DNA of 64,000 nucleotides from an uncultured Phycisphaerales bacterium (GCA_963755915.1 CAVWLP010000002.1:928001-992000), one strand, 5' to 3'; numbered from the stretch's first letter, positions 19,130 through 29,477 are shown. Made by a program: numbers and translations. Notes: a model not told the origin generated them from the letters alone.

Positions 19130-21201
19130 GCCTCACCGGTTTCGGTTCGGTCGCGGACGACGACGGTGCAGGGAGGCAGCGCCTGGAGGAAGCGTTTGCC
19201 ATAGCGCTTGGTTTTGATTCGGCTGTCGAGGATGACGACGATTCCGGTGTCGGTCTTGCTTCGGATGAGGCGTCCGAACCCCTGCTTGAGGCGGATGATG
19301 GCCTGGGGGACGGAATATTCCATGAAGGGGTTTCCGCCAGCGCGGATGATGGCTTCGAGTCGGGCTTCGATAACGGGTTCATCGGGTACGGAGAAGGGGA
19401 GCTTGACGATGATGACATTTCGCAGCGCCTCGCCGCGGACGTCGATGCCCTGCCAGAAGCTGGAGGTGCCGAAGAGGACGGCGTTGGGGGTGGTGCGGAA
19501 GCGGTCGAGGAGGACTTTGCGGGTTTCGGCTTCGCCCTGGATGAGCACTGGATAACCCTGTTCTTCGAGCTGGGGTTTAAGGCGTTGGGCGGCGTCGCGC
19601 AGGGCGGAGTAGCTGGTGAAGAGGACGAATGCTCCGCCGCGGGTTTTCTGGATGTAGTGGAGAATTTTTTCGGAGGCGGCGGGGGCGAATTTGGCGGATT
19701 CGCTGGGGTCGGGGAGGTCGGATTCGATGAAGAGGGTGGCCTGTTTGGCGTAATCGAAGGGGGAGCCGAGCGCCAGCGTTTGGGCCTTGTCGGCGCCGAG
19801 GCGAGTGAGCATGTAGGAGAAGGCGGGGTCGGGGTGACTCTCGTGTTCACGGCCCCCTCCCCTGCCCTCCCCCGGAGTACCGGGGGCGGGGGAAAGAGGG
19901 GAAATTTCTAGGGAGGATTTGCTGGTGCAGAGTGTGGCCGAGCAGAGGATCACCGAAGGGAGCTTGGAGAAGAGGTGCATTCGCAGGCCTTCGGCGACGT
20001 TGATGGGGGCGGCGTGGAGAGAGATGTTGCGGCGGAAGCGGCCGCCGCGCTCGATCCAGTAGACGGCGTCGGGCATTTTCTGGGAGACGATGGCGTCGAG
20101 CTCGTAGCCGAGGAGGTCGACTTTGTCGGCCATGGCGGTCAGCTCGGAGATTTCTTCGATGTTTTCGAGGCCGGGGAGGATCGCCTTGATGCGGGTGGAA
20201 AGCTGAGAAAGGAGCGGGCTGAGGTTGTTATCGACGATGGCGGGCTCGTGAATTCGGCCGTTTTCGCGGCCTTTTTGCTGTTGCCAATGAGCGCAGCGAT
20301 CGAAAAAATCGTCCATGCGCTCGTGGATTTCGGTGATGGCGTCGATCGCGTCGTTCACGCGGGCGCCGTGGGTGCTGAGCAGGCCTTTGCCGCGCTTGGG
20401 GTCGTAAAGGGTGCGGAGCTGATAGCGGAGGCGATGCTCGGAAATGTTGAGGCCGAAATGATCGGCGGCGACGTCTTCGACGGTGTGGGCTTCGTCGAGG
20501 ATGGCGACGTCATACTTGGGAAGGTAATTCACGCCGGAGATTCGCAGGGCCAGGTCGGAGAAGAAGAGGGCGTGATTGACGACGAGGATGTTGCCGCTCT
20601 GCATCCGTTTTTTGGCGTCCTGCCAGAAGCATTCTTTGTAGTGGAGGCATTTTTTACCGAGGCAGTTTCCGTGCTCGGCGCAGACGCGGTCCCAGACGCC
20701 GGCATCGGGGAGGTTGGGGAGATCGGCCAGGGAGCCGTCGGTGGTTTCGTGGGACCATTGCTCGACGGCCAGGAGCGATTCGACCTGCCTGGGTGTTTCG
20801 AAGAGGGAATCGCGGCGTTGGAGGGCCTGGTCGAGCCGGCGGCGGCAGAGGTAGTTGGAGCGGCCCTTTACCAGGACCGCCGAGAATTCATCGGGATAGA
20901 CAGCGCGAAGCAGGGGGATGTCTTTTTCGATGAGCTGTTCCTGGAGGGAGATCGTGTGGGTCGAGATGACCACGCGTTTCTTGGTTTTGACGACATATTC
21001 GATCACCGGAAGGAGATAGGCGAAGGATTTTCCGACGCCGGTGCCGGCTTCGACCATCAGGTGGTGGGAATTATGGATGGCTTCCGAGACGGCGTGGGCC
21101 ATTTCGATCTGCTGGGGGCGGAATTCGTACAGGGGGCCAAGGCGGCGCGCGACGGAGCCATCCTGGCCGAGGATCGCGGAAACGATGTCAACATCAGGCA
21201 T
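19126..21201 (-). CDS. DinG/YoaA-family Fe-S ATP-dependent DNA helicase
   Basis: RPQQ, EAGTGVGKS, KGRSNYLC, Cys cluster, DEAH, SATL, SPFDY, LFTSY, FWQGIDV, QGFGRLIR. Confidence 0.93.
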   Translation of the reverse strand: MPDVDIVSAILGQDGSVARRLGPLYEFRPQQIEMAHAVSEAIHNSHHLMVEAGTGVGKSFAYLLPVIEYVVKTKKRVVISTHTISLQEQLIEKDIPLLRAVYPDEFSAVLVKGRSNYLCRRRLDQALQRRDSLFETPRQVESLLAVEQWSHETTDGSLADLPNLPDAGVWDRVCAEHGNCLGKKCLHYKECFWQDAKKRMQSGNILVVNHALFFSDLALRISGVNYLPKYDVAILDEAHTVEDVAADHFGLNISEHRLRYQLRTLYDPKRGKGLLSTHGARVNDAIDAITEIHERMDDFFDRCAHWQQQKGRENGRIHEPAIVDNNLSPLLSQLSTRIKAILPGLENIEEISELTAMADKVDLLGYELDAIVSQKMPDAVYWIERGGRFRRNISLHAAPINVAEGLRMHLFSKLPSVILCSATLCTSKSSLEISPLSPAPGTPGEGRGGGREHESHPDPAFSYMLTRLGADKAQTLALGSPFDYAKQATLFIESDLPDPSESAKFAPAASEKILHYIQKTRGGAFVLFTSYSALRDAAQRLKPQLEEQGYPVLIQGEAETRKVLLDRFRTTPNAVLFGTSSFWQGIDVRGEALRNVIIVKLPFSVPDEPVIEARLEAIIRAGGNPFMEYSVPQAIIRLKQGFGRLIRSKTDTGIVVILDSRIKTKRYGKRFLQALPPCTVVVRDRTETGEA
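19851..19895. repeat. REP-like palindrome lying in frame inside the helicase gene
   Basis: GGCCCCCTCCCCTGCCCTCCCCCGGAGTACCGGGGGCGGGGGAAA; 40/45 identical to the inverted intergenic copy at 52837-52881. Confidence 0.85.
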
Positions 21202-21216
21202 CGCGAATTAAGGGTA

Positions 21217-21618
21217 TCACCCCGCGAGGTGAAAAGCCTGGCGCTCGAAGAAATTGTCCTTGTAGGGCCGGCGGCCGGTGATCCAGGCCCAGAAGGAGCA
21301 GAAGATATAGGCGGGAATGAAGAAGGGCCCCCAGCGCTCGCTCTGGCGGACGTGGACGCGTTCATGTGCGCGAGTGGTGAGGAGCAGATCGGAATCGCGG
21401 GCGATGACGACATGGCCGAGGGTCATGGCCGAGGCTCCGCCACGGAGGATGAGACCGACGACGCGGCGGAGGTAAAAATCGGTCGCGCCGCCGGAGACTT
21501 CCAGGACGCCGTCGACGACGCGGAGCTGGCCGCCGGTGACCCAGACGATGCCGGCGAGGATGAGTCCCCAGACGGTTGTGGGGAAGACCCAGAGATAGAC
21601 AATCCAACGCCAGCGCAT
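21217..21618 (-). CDS. Conserved hypothetical membrane protein with HExxH motif
   Basis: AMTLGHVVI..HERVHVRQ..WGPFFIPAY..DNFFERQA. Confidence 0.75.
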   Translation of the reverse strand: MRWRWIVYLWVFPTTVWGLILAGIVWVTGGQLRVVDGVLEVSGGATDFYLRRVVGLILRGGASAMTLGHVVIARDSDLLLTTRAHERVHVRQSERWGPFFIPAYIFCSFWAWITGRRPYKDNFFERQAFHLAG

Positions 21619-21680
21619 AGTGATTTAAGCCTTACGTATCCGGGGCCGAATGCGTTTTCGCCAGGGTGGTGCCGATAACC

Positions 21681-21960
21681 TGTGGAAAAGCTGAGTGATC
21701 GCAGCGAAGGAGCAGCGCGAAAACCCCGCAGGAGCCACAGGCGAGCGGAGGCACGACGAAGGCATGTCGTAAATCGGCTGAATTGGCGCGAGGCATCGCA
21801 CAACCTCCCCGACATTTTATCCACAGTTTACGTCCGATAATATGAGCGCCATCTTTATATATCAAAGCGGGTTACGCGAGGTTTTGAGAATCTGTCCACA
21901 ATGCGCCAGGCACCATTACTACTACTAATTCCATTTAATGTTCCATTATATAGTGGATAG
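21681..21960. other. Candidate chromosomal replication origin (oriC)
   Basis: Perfect DnaA box TTATCCACA at 21817-21825; near-boxes at 21681-21689 (-), 21892-21900 and 21952-21960 (-); GC-rich spacer then TTACTACTACTA trios at 21916-21927 and an AT-rich tract; immediately upstream of dnaN. Confidence 0.7.
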
Positions 21961-22007
21961 CGTTACACTCCGTCGCCTCCAAAAACGGAGAGAAGAAAGG
22001 CTTGGTC

Positions 22008-23114
22008 ATGAAAGCGATCTGTAATCGCGGAGCGCTCTCCGAGGCGCTGAATCTCACGGGAAACGTAGTGGCGGCACGGACGCCCAAGCCGGTGCTCCAG
22101 TGCCTTAAGCTCACCGCCGAAGGCAACGCCCTGACGGTGGCGGCGACCGACCTGGAAGTGGCAATCCGATATCGCGATGAGCAGGTGCAGATCGAGCAGG
22201 AGGGCGAGACGCTGGTTCCTGCCGATAAATTGCGGGATATTGTGCGGGAAAGCATCGACGACACGCTGGCGCTGGAAGTGAGCGGGGACATGGCCAACGT
22301 GCGGGGGCAGGATTCGCATTTCAAAATTTATACGCAGAAGGCGACCGATTTTCCGCCCATCCCGGATTTTGAGGGGGAGCCCGATATCCAGGTTGCCGGC
22401 GGGGCACTGAAGCAGCTCATCGGGCAAACGCTTTTTGCCGCGGCGAAGGAAAGCACGCGATACGCGTTCAACGGCGTGCTGATCGTGGCCAAAGCGAAAA
22501 AGATTTCGCTGGTTTCAACCGACGGACGCAGGCTGGCGATGGCCAAGGGGGACCTGGCTTCGGGCGACAAGCTCGACAAGGAGGGGAAGAAGGCGATCGT
22601 TCCGACCAAGGCGCTGCAACTGATCGAGAAGCTGATCGAGGATCCGGAAGAGCTGATGGGGATTCAGATTCGCGAGAACCAGGTGATTTTCCACACCAGC
22701 AACGCGACGCTGACCAGCAACCTGGTTGAGGGGCAATTTCCGCCGTATGACGATGTGATTCCCAAGGACGTCGACAAAAAGATGTCGGCCTCGACGGCGG
22801 ATTTTCTGAGCGCGATCAAGCGTGCGGCGCTGCTGACTACGGAAGAGAGCCGCGGGGTGAGATTGGCGTTCAACAAGAAGGGGCTGGTGCTGACGAGCCG
22901 CTCGCCGGAAAGCGGCGAGGCGACGATCAATTTTCCGTGCAAGTATGAAGGGGCGGATGTTGAGATCGGATTCAATCCGAATTTCCTCGTCGAGGCGCTG
23001 CGCGTGGTGAACACCGATGAAGTGAGCCTGGAGATGACGGCGCCGAATCGGCCGGGGCTTCTGAAGGCGGGGGGAAATTTTCTGTACGTGATCATGCCTG
23101 TGAATTTGCAGTAA
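22008..23114 (+). CDS. dnaN: DNA polymerase III beta sliding clamp
   Basis: ATDLE, DFP, RYAFNGV, STDGRRLA, GQFPPY, IGFN, YVIMPV. Confidence 0.97.
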   Translation: MKAICNRGALSEALNLTGNVVAARTPKPVLQCLKLTAEGNALTVAATDLEVAIRYRDEQVQIEQEGETLVPADKLRDIVRESIDDTLALEVSGDMANVRGQDSHFKIYTQKATDFPPIPDFEGEPDIQVAGGALKQLIGQTLFAAAKESTRYAFNGVLIVAKAKKISLVSTDGRRLAMAKGDLASGDKLDKEGKKAIVPTKALQLIEKLIEDPEELMGIQIRENQVIFHTSNATLTSNLVEGQFPPYDDVIPKDVDKKMSASTADFLSAIKRAALLTTEESRGVRLAFNKKGLVLTSRSPESGEATINFPCKYEGADVEIGFNPNFLVEALRVVNTDEVSLEMTAPNRPGLLKAGGNFLYVIMPVNLQ

Positions 23115-23145
23115 CAATCGAGCATTTGCCGATGGAGCGGAAATC

Positions 23146-23556
23146 GTGCTGACAGGGAAGGCAGATCAGACGGCGCAGATTCGCAGGATGCAGCGATATA
23201 AATCGCAGGGGCAGCCGGCGACCATCGCCCTGGGGCCGGAGATGGTGGAATTCTTCAAACAGTCGGTTGCGAAGCGCCAGACGAAGCTGGAAAAGATCGC
23301 CGAGGGGTGGAGCGCGCTGGTGCCGAATCTGCTCAATGAGCACTGCTCGCTGGAGGGTTTTTCCAGGGGAACACTCACAGTGATGGTGGACAGCTCTTCG
23401 CACCTGTTTGATCTGAAACACTTGCTCCTGGCCGGGCTGGAAGCACAGCTACAGCTTGCGTGCAAGAGCGCCGGGCTGAGGAAGATTACGCTTCGGCCGG
23501 GGAGATGGTATGAGGGCGAATCGTCGGGGGATCGGCGGATGCGATTTGGGCGGTGA
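23146..23556 (+). CDS. dciA: DUF721/DciA-like helicase-associated protein
   Basis: W..LV....EH......GTLTVMVDSS..LFDL pattern; position directly after dnaN. Confidence 0.65.
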   Translation: MLTGKADQTAQIRRMQRYKSQGQPATIALGPEMVEFFKQSVAKRQTKLEKIAEGWSALVPNLLNEHCSLEGFSRGTLTVMVDSSSHLFDLKHLLLAGLEAQLQLACKSAGLRKITLRPGRWYEGESSGDRRMRFGR

Positions 23557-23916
23557 AGAGGATTTCGAGAGTATTGGGTGACTCAGTGGTCTGAGGGCAA
23601 TCACTCATCCAGCCCAAGCCGATCGTCTCCAATGTTTGCCATATCCTGTTCGTCGTTGCCATCGTTTGTTTTATTGCCGCAGCTTACAACTGGTGCTGCT
23701 TCGCCCGTAGTGTCGGGAAAAGTCCATTCGTTCGTATTGTTTCAGGGGACCTGCAATACCCACTAAGTCCCGACAGCCGGCGGTTCTTTGCGATTTTTGC
23801 AAAATTCATCTTGGGAGCTTTGGCCTGCTTGGCGCTTTCATTCCTCGTCGCTTGGTGGTTTCCTTACTGAACGGCCGTTCGAGCGGCGGCTCCGGAAATC
23901 GCATAAGATTTTGGGA

Positions 23917-25758
23917 ATGTGCGGCATCGCCGGCGTCATGGCCTGGGAGGAGCGGTTTGTGGCTTCGCGCGAGGTTCTCGCGCAAATGGGCGAGGCGATT
24001 GCGCACCGCGGGCCGGATGGGCGGGAGGTCTGGTCCGACGGCAAATGCGGGCTGGCATTTGCCCGGCTGGCGATCCTCGACCTGGACCGCCGCGCGATGC
24101 AGCCGATGACCGATGGGAAACGATGGATCGTCTTTAACGGGGAGATTTATAACTTTCGGGAATTGCGCGGGGAATTGGATCGCGTTTGTCCGGGGTATGC
24201 GTGGAAGACGACGGGCGATACCGAGGTAATCCTGCGGGCGTATGACGCGTGGGGGGAGAATTGCGTCCAGAAATTCAACGGTATGTTTGCCTTCGCGATC
24301 TGGGAAACCGGGACCGGAGCAATTTTTCTCGCCCGCGATCGGATGGGGCAGAAGCCTTTGTATTTTTCGCTTCGCGCGGGGCAAGCCTTGACCTTTGCGA
24401 GCGAACTGGAGGCGCTGCGTTCTGTGTCTTGGATTGGATGGGAGATCGATCGGGATTCTGTGGGGGAATATTTGCAGACAGGGTATATCGCATCCCCGGC
24501 GACGATTTATCGGCAGGTCTCGAAACTGCCGCCGGGAAGCTGGATGCGGTGCGGGGCGGATGGGTCGGTAACACTGCGGAAATACTTCGATCCGAATGAG
24601 TTCGACGCGAAATCTCCGCGCGGGGCGGAGGACGTAAAAGCGGTCGTGACGACGGCCGTTCGCCGGCAACTCGTTTCCGATGTGCCGGTGGGGTGTTTTT
24701 TGTCGGGAGGGATCGACAGCAGCATCATCGCAGCGGCGATGAAGGCAGCGGCAGATCAGCGGGTAATGACGTTTGCGATCGGCTTTGACGATCCGCGCTA
24801 TGACGAGACGAAATTTGCCGCGGAAGTGGCTAAACACCTTGGTACGGAGCATCGGCAGTTCACGGTCAGGCCCGATGCGGCCCGTGATCTGCCCAAACTG
24901 GCCCGGGTTTTCGGCGAGCCGTTCGGCGATTCTTCGGCGCTGCCGACGCATTACCTTTCGCGGGAGACGCGCGGGCATGTGAAAGTTGCGCTGAGCGGAG
25001 ATGGCGGGGACGAATTATTTGGCGGATATGACCGATATCGCGCCATGCGGCTAGGAGGCAGAGGGGGAAAGATGCCGGCGGTTTTCCGGAAAGTCGCGGC
25101 GGCGATGCCGGAAGGGCATCCCAAGTCGGCAATGTCGCGGGCGCGGCGGTTTGTGGCGGGGATGGGATTGGCGGCGGCGCAAAGATATGCCCAGTATGTC
25201 GGGCTGTTCGATCGGGAAATGATCGAGGCGATTTTTCCGCAGGCGATCTCGCCCCGGCGGGAGGTCGTCGCCGAGGTTTTTGCAGAGCTTGAAGCAGATC
25301 GCGATCTGGTGCGGGCCGCCGCGGCGACCGATCGGGTGACCTATCTGCCGGAGGATCTCCTGACGAAGCTCGATCGGGCCTCGATGCTGCATGCGCTGGA
25401 GGTGCGCTCGCCGTTCATGGATCACGAGCTGGTGCGCCTGGCGGCGGGATTAACCACGGAGCAGCTTCTGCGCGGCGGCGCGAAGCGCATGCTGCGAGAA
25501 GCTTTTGCCGGAGATTTGCCGCAGTGGGTGTTTGAGCGCAAGAAAATGGGATTTGCCGTGCCCATCGGCGAGTGGTTGCGCGGGCCGTTGCGGGGGATGA
25601 TGGAGGAATTGCTGTTTGCCAAAGATTCGTTCGCGGCGGCAAATTTTCATCAGGGGGTTTTGCGGGGGATGGTTGAGGCCCACTGTGCGGAAAAAGTGGA
25701 TCATTCACAGAGGCTCTACGCGCTGGTGATGCTGGAATTGTGGTGGAAATTAGACTGA
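23917..25758 (+). CDS. asnB: Asparagine synthase (glutamine-hydrolysing) family amidotransferase
   Basis: MCGIAG, HRGPD, FNGEIYN, DTEV, RDRMGQKPLY, LSGGIDSS, SGDGGDELFGGY, KLDRASM..LEVRSPF. Confidence 0.93.
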   Translation: MCGIAGVMAWEERFVASREVLAQMGEAIAHRGPDGREVWSDGKCGLAFARLAILDLDRRAMQPMTDGKRWIVFNGEIYNFRELRGELDRVCPGYAWKTTGDTEVILRAYDAWGENCVQKFNGMFAFAIWETGTGAIFLARDRMGQKPLYFSLRAGQALTFASELEALRSVSWIGWEIDRDSVGEYLQTGYIASPATIYRQVSKLPPGSWMRCGADGSVTLRKYFDPNEFDAKSPRGAEDVKAVVTTAVRRQLVSDVPVGCFLSGGIDSSIIAAAMKAAADQRVMTFAIGFDDPRYDETKFAAEVAKHLGTEHRQFTVRPDAARDLPKLARVFGEPFGDSSALPTHYLSRETRGHVKVALSGDGGDELFGGYDRYRAMRLGGRGGKMPAVFRKVAAAMPEGHPKSAMSRARRFVAGMGLAAAQRYAQYVGLFDREMIEAIFPQAISPRREVVAEVFAELEADRDLVRAAAATDRVTYLPEDLLTKLDRASMLHALEVRSPFMDHELVRLAAGLTTEQLLRGGAKRMLREAFAGDLPQWVFERKKMGFAVPIGEWLRGPLRGMMEELLFAKDSFAAANFHQGVLRGMVEAHCAEKVDHSQRLYALVMLELWWKLD

Positions 25759-25823
25759 GGCTTGACCTTCGCCCGTCAGCTCCTTAAACCGATTGTATCT
25801 TATGACCGGCTCCAGGCCTTCAT

Positions 25824-27674
25824 TTGACCCCCACTACTTGCCGCTTTCGGCAGGCGCAGCATAGCGCAAGGATCCTTTCTATAAAATTTAGAAACTTCAA
25901 GGCCTTCCCTGATTTTCTACTGTCTTTGCGTCACGCGACAATTCTGGTCGGCCCCAATAACTGCGGAAAATCTACCGTTCTTGGCGCATGCCGCATATTG
26001 GCAACTGGTCTCCGAAGAGCGGGTGCCAAATCTAGCGAAACCGTTCAGGGACCAGGGGGCTCGCAGCAGGGCTATTACATCAGCGGCGATGATCACCCGG
26101 TTTCGCTGGAGAATGTTCATACGAATTATTCGGCTGAAAAATCCACCGTAACTTTTCGTTTGAGCACGGGCAACGACTTGGCGCTGTTCTTTTCAGGAGA
26201 TGGTGGGGCCTCACTAGTAATGCCAGGTCGAGAAATCGCGAGAACGGCACCTAAGCAATTTCGTACGCTGTATCCACTTACCATTGGGCAAGTACCGGTC
26301 CTCGGACCGGTGGAACACGACGAGCAGCTGCTATTGAAGGAAACGATTGATCGGTCACTTGCTACACATAGGGCGTCACGGCACTTCCGAAACTACTGGT
26401 ACCACTATCCCGAGCGCTTTCACGAATTTCAGGAGGCGATCGAACACACATGGCCGGGAATGAAAATCAAAGCCCCCGAACAAAAATCCACCCCAGATGG
26501 CTCATTCCTTTATATGTTCTGCACAGAAAACCGAATCGATCGGGAGCTCTATTGGGTTGGTTTCGGATTTCAGGTGTGGTGCCAATTGCTAACTCACATT
26601 CTCAGGTCGAGAACGGATAGTATTCTCATTGCGGACGAGCCTGAGATCTATCTTCACCCGGACATGCAGCGCCAGCTATTGAGCATCTTTCGTAACGCGG
26701 GTCCGGACCTTCTATTAGCGACCCATTCGTCCGAGCTGGTTGGCGAAGCGGAAGCCACTGAAATCGTTCTTGTTGACAAGACCTCGTCAAAAGGCAGGCG
26801 ACTCACCAAACTTGATGCCATTCAAGATGCCCTCGAATATCTTGGCTCGGGTCATAACATAGCATTGACGCAGATAGCGAGGACCCGTCACATCGTCTTT
26901 GTCGAGGGCGATGATTTTAAGTTTCTACGCGGCTGGGCGGAAAGGTTGAATCTGAAGGAACTCGGCACTGGCCTTGGCATTGTACCTATTTCAGTGGGCG
27001 GTTTTGGTCAATGGGAGCGCGTAAACGCGTTAGGCTGGGGGTTTCGCGCTGCTTTGAACCAACCGATGCAACTCGCCGCAATTTTTGATCGGGATTACTA
27101 TTGCGACGAAGAAATCCAACTCATCGTTGCTAAGCTTAAGCAGAATGTTTCTTGCGTTCACATCCTCCAGCGCAAGGAGATCGAGAATTACCTGCTCCTG
27201 CCAAGCGTATTAGACAGGTGCGTTGCGAAACTTTTGCAGGACCGAAAGCAGCGCGGCCACGAACAGTCGAAGGCGGTCGTACCAATGCTTAAACTCTTGG
27301 GGGGAATCTGCGAAAAATTTAAGAACGAAGTATCGGGCAACTTAGTGGGCAAAGCTGTAGAACATTTCAATCGGCAGAGAAGTGGAGACTGCGCGGCAAC
27401 GATATCGACCCGTGTGTTGGCCGAGTTTGAGCAGAAGTGGAAGAAAATCGATTGGAAACTTGAGCTTGTCCCAGGTAAGCAGGCGCTTAGTGAGGTCAAT
27501 AAGAGCCTTCAAGCGGATTACGGAATCACGCTTACGCCTGGCGCAATTATCCGGGAAACGCGCCAAGACGAGATTCCTGCCGATTTAATCACATTCCTGC
27601 GTAAACTTGAAGCGTTTAGAAAATCTGAACCTCCCAGATTGCGTCATTCGCAACCAGTGGCAGCCGAAGATTAG
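25824..27674 (+). CDS. OLD-family ATP-dependent nuclease (ABC ATPase + TOPRIM); start uncertain
   Basis: FRNFKAF, GPNNCGKST, IADEPEIYLHP, ATHS, FVEGDD, DRD, KEIENYLL; visibly lower GC. Confidence 0.8.
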   Translation: MTPTTCRFRQAQHSARILSIKFRNFKAFPDFLLSLRHATILVGPNNCGKSTVLGACRILATGLRRAGAKSSETVQGPGGSQQGYYISGDDHPVSLENVHTNYSAEKSTVTFRLSTGNDLALFFSGDGGASLVMPGREIARTAPKQFRTLYPLTIGQVPVLGPVEHDEQLLLKETIDRSLATHRASRHFRNYWYHYPERFHEFQEAIEHTWPGMKIKAPEQKSTPDGSFLYMFCTENRIDRELYWVGFGFQVWCQLLTHILRSRTDSILIADEPEIYLHPDMQRQLLSIFRNAGPDLLLATHSSELVGEAEATEIVLVDKTSSKGRRLTKLDAIQDALEYLGSGHNIALTQIARTRHIVFVEGDDFKFLRGWAERLNLKELGTGLGIVPISVGGFGQWERVNALGWGFRAALNQPMQLAAIFDRDYYCDEEIQLIVAKLKQNVSCVHILQRKEIENYLLLPSVLDRCVAKLLQDRKQRGHEQSKAVVPMLKLLGGICEKFKNEVSGNLVGKAVEHFNRQRSGDCAATISTRVLAEFEQKWKKIDWKLELVPGKQALSEVNKSLQADYGITLTPGAIIRETRQDEIPADLITFLRKLEAFRKSEPPRLRHSQPVAAED

Positions 27675-27953
27675 TCGGCGGAAGACCGCGCAAGGATCAT
27701 CCACACAGGCTCTACGATCTGATCATGCTGGAACTTTGGTGGCGGGGGCGCAATGGGGCGGCGTAGGTTTGTGCTTTAGCACGCCTGTGCCGAAGAGTTT
27801 GTGTCAGGGGTCGTATAATCTTCGGTCTGGGCGCAAGAAAGCGCCCGGGGTGGAAAATTTGTTATTGGCTCAGGTCGATAGAGGGTGTATAGTGCCCCTG
27901 ACAGCAAATTCTGTGCCCAAAAGGTGCGGGTTTGTCGTAAGGTGAACTGATAT

Positions 27954-29477
27954 ATGCAGTTAACGCAATCAGCTTCGATGCGGACGGAGATGCGGCAGCT
28001 TCTCACGCCGCGGATGATCCAGAGCATGGAAATCCTCCAGTTGCCACTGATGGCGCTGGAGGAACGGATCGAGCAGGAGCTGGAAAACAACCCGGTTTTG
28101 GAGATTCGTGAGCCGGAGAATGAGCCGGGAACATCCAACGGCGAAGGTCAGCCCGAGGAGCATGGCCGCGGCGAGGACATGTCGGAGGACGAGCGGGCGC
28201 TGGTCGTTAAAGAGAATTCCGGGCAGTCGGAAGATTTCGATCGGCTGACGAAGCTGAGCGATTACCTGGAGAACGAGGAGTTCGGCACCAACGCCGGAAA
28301 TTTCCGCCAGGCTGCCACCTACGACGGGGAGCGCGACAAAAAACAGGACGCGATGAACAACACCGCGGCGCGCGGGATCACGCTGACGGAACACCTGATG
28401 GACCAGTGGGCCTTTGTGGAGGCCCCGCCGGCGATTAAGAAGGCGGGGGAAATCCTCATCAACAACATCGATGAGGAGGGGTATTTCCGGGTGAAGTTTG
28501 AGGACGTGCAGAAGGAATCAAAAACGCCGGTCACGATCCCCGATTTGCAGGAAGCACTGCTGCTGATCCAGACCCTGGAGCCGACGGGCGTGGGAGCGAG
28601 GAGTTTGCAGGAATGCCTCGCGCTTCAGCTCGATGCGCTGGAGGATGACGAGGAGCTTGCCGAGGGGCACGATTTGGAGCTGGAGCGCACGCTGGTGACG
28701 GATCATCTGAACGACCTGATGATGAACCGTTATCCGCAGATCAGCCGCAAGCTCGGCAAACCTATCGATGAGATTCAGCGGGCGGTGAAGCATCTGGCCA
28801 GGCTCAACCCCCATCCGGGAAAACTGATCGGCGACAACAGCGCGCCGCAGATTACGCCGGACGCGATCATTTATTACGATGAGGACGCCGACAAATACGA
28901 AATCGAGATGACCAACGATCCGGCGCCGAACCTGTACATCAGCGGGATGTACCGCAAGATGCTGAAGGACCGGTCGCAGGACAAGAAGACACGGGAATTT
29001 CTGTCGAATAATGTCCGCAACGCCCGCTGGCTGATCGAAAGCATTGAGCAGCGGCGGAGCACGATCATGCGGGTGATCCGCGCGGTGGTGGACGCCCAGC
29101 GTGATTTCTTCGACAAGGGCCCGGAGTTTCTCAAGCCGCTGCCGATGATCCACGTGGCCGACCAGCTTGGGATTCACGTGGCGACGGTGTCGCGTGCGGT
29201 GTCGGAGAAATGGATCCAGACGCCCCGCGGGGTCTTCCCGCTGCGGAGATTCTTCTCCGGCGGCACCACCAGCGCCGAAGGCGAGGACATGAGCTGGGAC
29301 GCGGTTAAGGAGAAATTAAAGACCATCGTCGGCGATGAAGACCCGAAAAACCCGCTGAATGACGATGAGATCGTGGACAAGCTGAAAGTTCAGGGAATCG
29401 ATCTGGCGCGGCGCACGGTGGCGAAGTATCGGAAGATATTGAACATTCCGACGGCGCGGCAGCGGCGGACTTTTTAG
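27954..29477 (+). CDS. rpoN: RNA polymerase sigma-54 factor
   Basis: QSMEILQL..ENNPVLE; EPTGVGARSLQECL; ATVSRA; RpoN box ARRTVAKYR. Confidence 0.97.
   Translation: MQLTQSASMRTEMRQLLTPRMIQSMEILQLPLMALEERIEQELENNPVLEIREPENEPGTSNGEGQPEEHGRGEDMSEDERALVVKENSGQSEDFDRLTKLSDYLENEEFGTNAGNFRQAATYDGERDKKQDAMNNTAARGITLTEHLMDQWAFVEAPPAIKKAGEILINNIDEEGYFRVKFEDVQKESKTPVTIPDLQEALLLIQTLEPTGVGARSLQECLALQLDALEDDEELAEGHDLELERTLVTDHLNDLMMNRYPQISRKLGKPIDEIQRAVKHLARLNPHPGKLIGDNSAPQITPDAIIYYDEDADKYEIEMTNDPAPNLYISGMYRKMLKDRSQDKKTREFLSNNVRNARWLIESIEQRRSTIMRVIRAVVDAQRDFFDKGPEFLKPLPMIHVADQLGIHVATVSRAVSEKWIQTPRGVFPLRRFFSGGTTSAEGEDMSWDAVKEKLKTIVGDEDPKNPLNDDEIVDKLKVQGIDLARRTVAKYRKILNIPTARQRRTF

Noticed and set aside
23557-23916. 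Possible gene between dciA and asnB (where gyrB often lies), or an N-terminal extension of asnB
   Set aside because: No convincing ORF; AsnB needs Cys at position 2, so the start is ATG 23917
25824-27674. Gabija, retron or Septu multi-gene defence system
   Set aside because: No partner helicase, reverse transcriptase or HNH gene is adjacent
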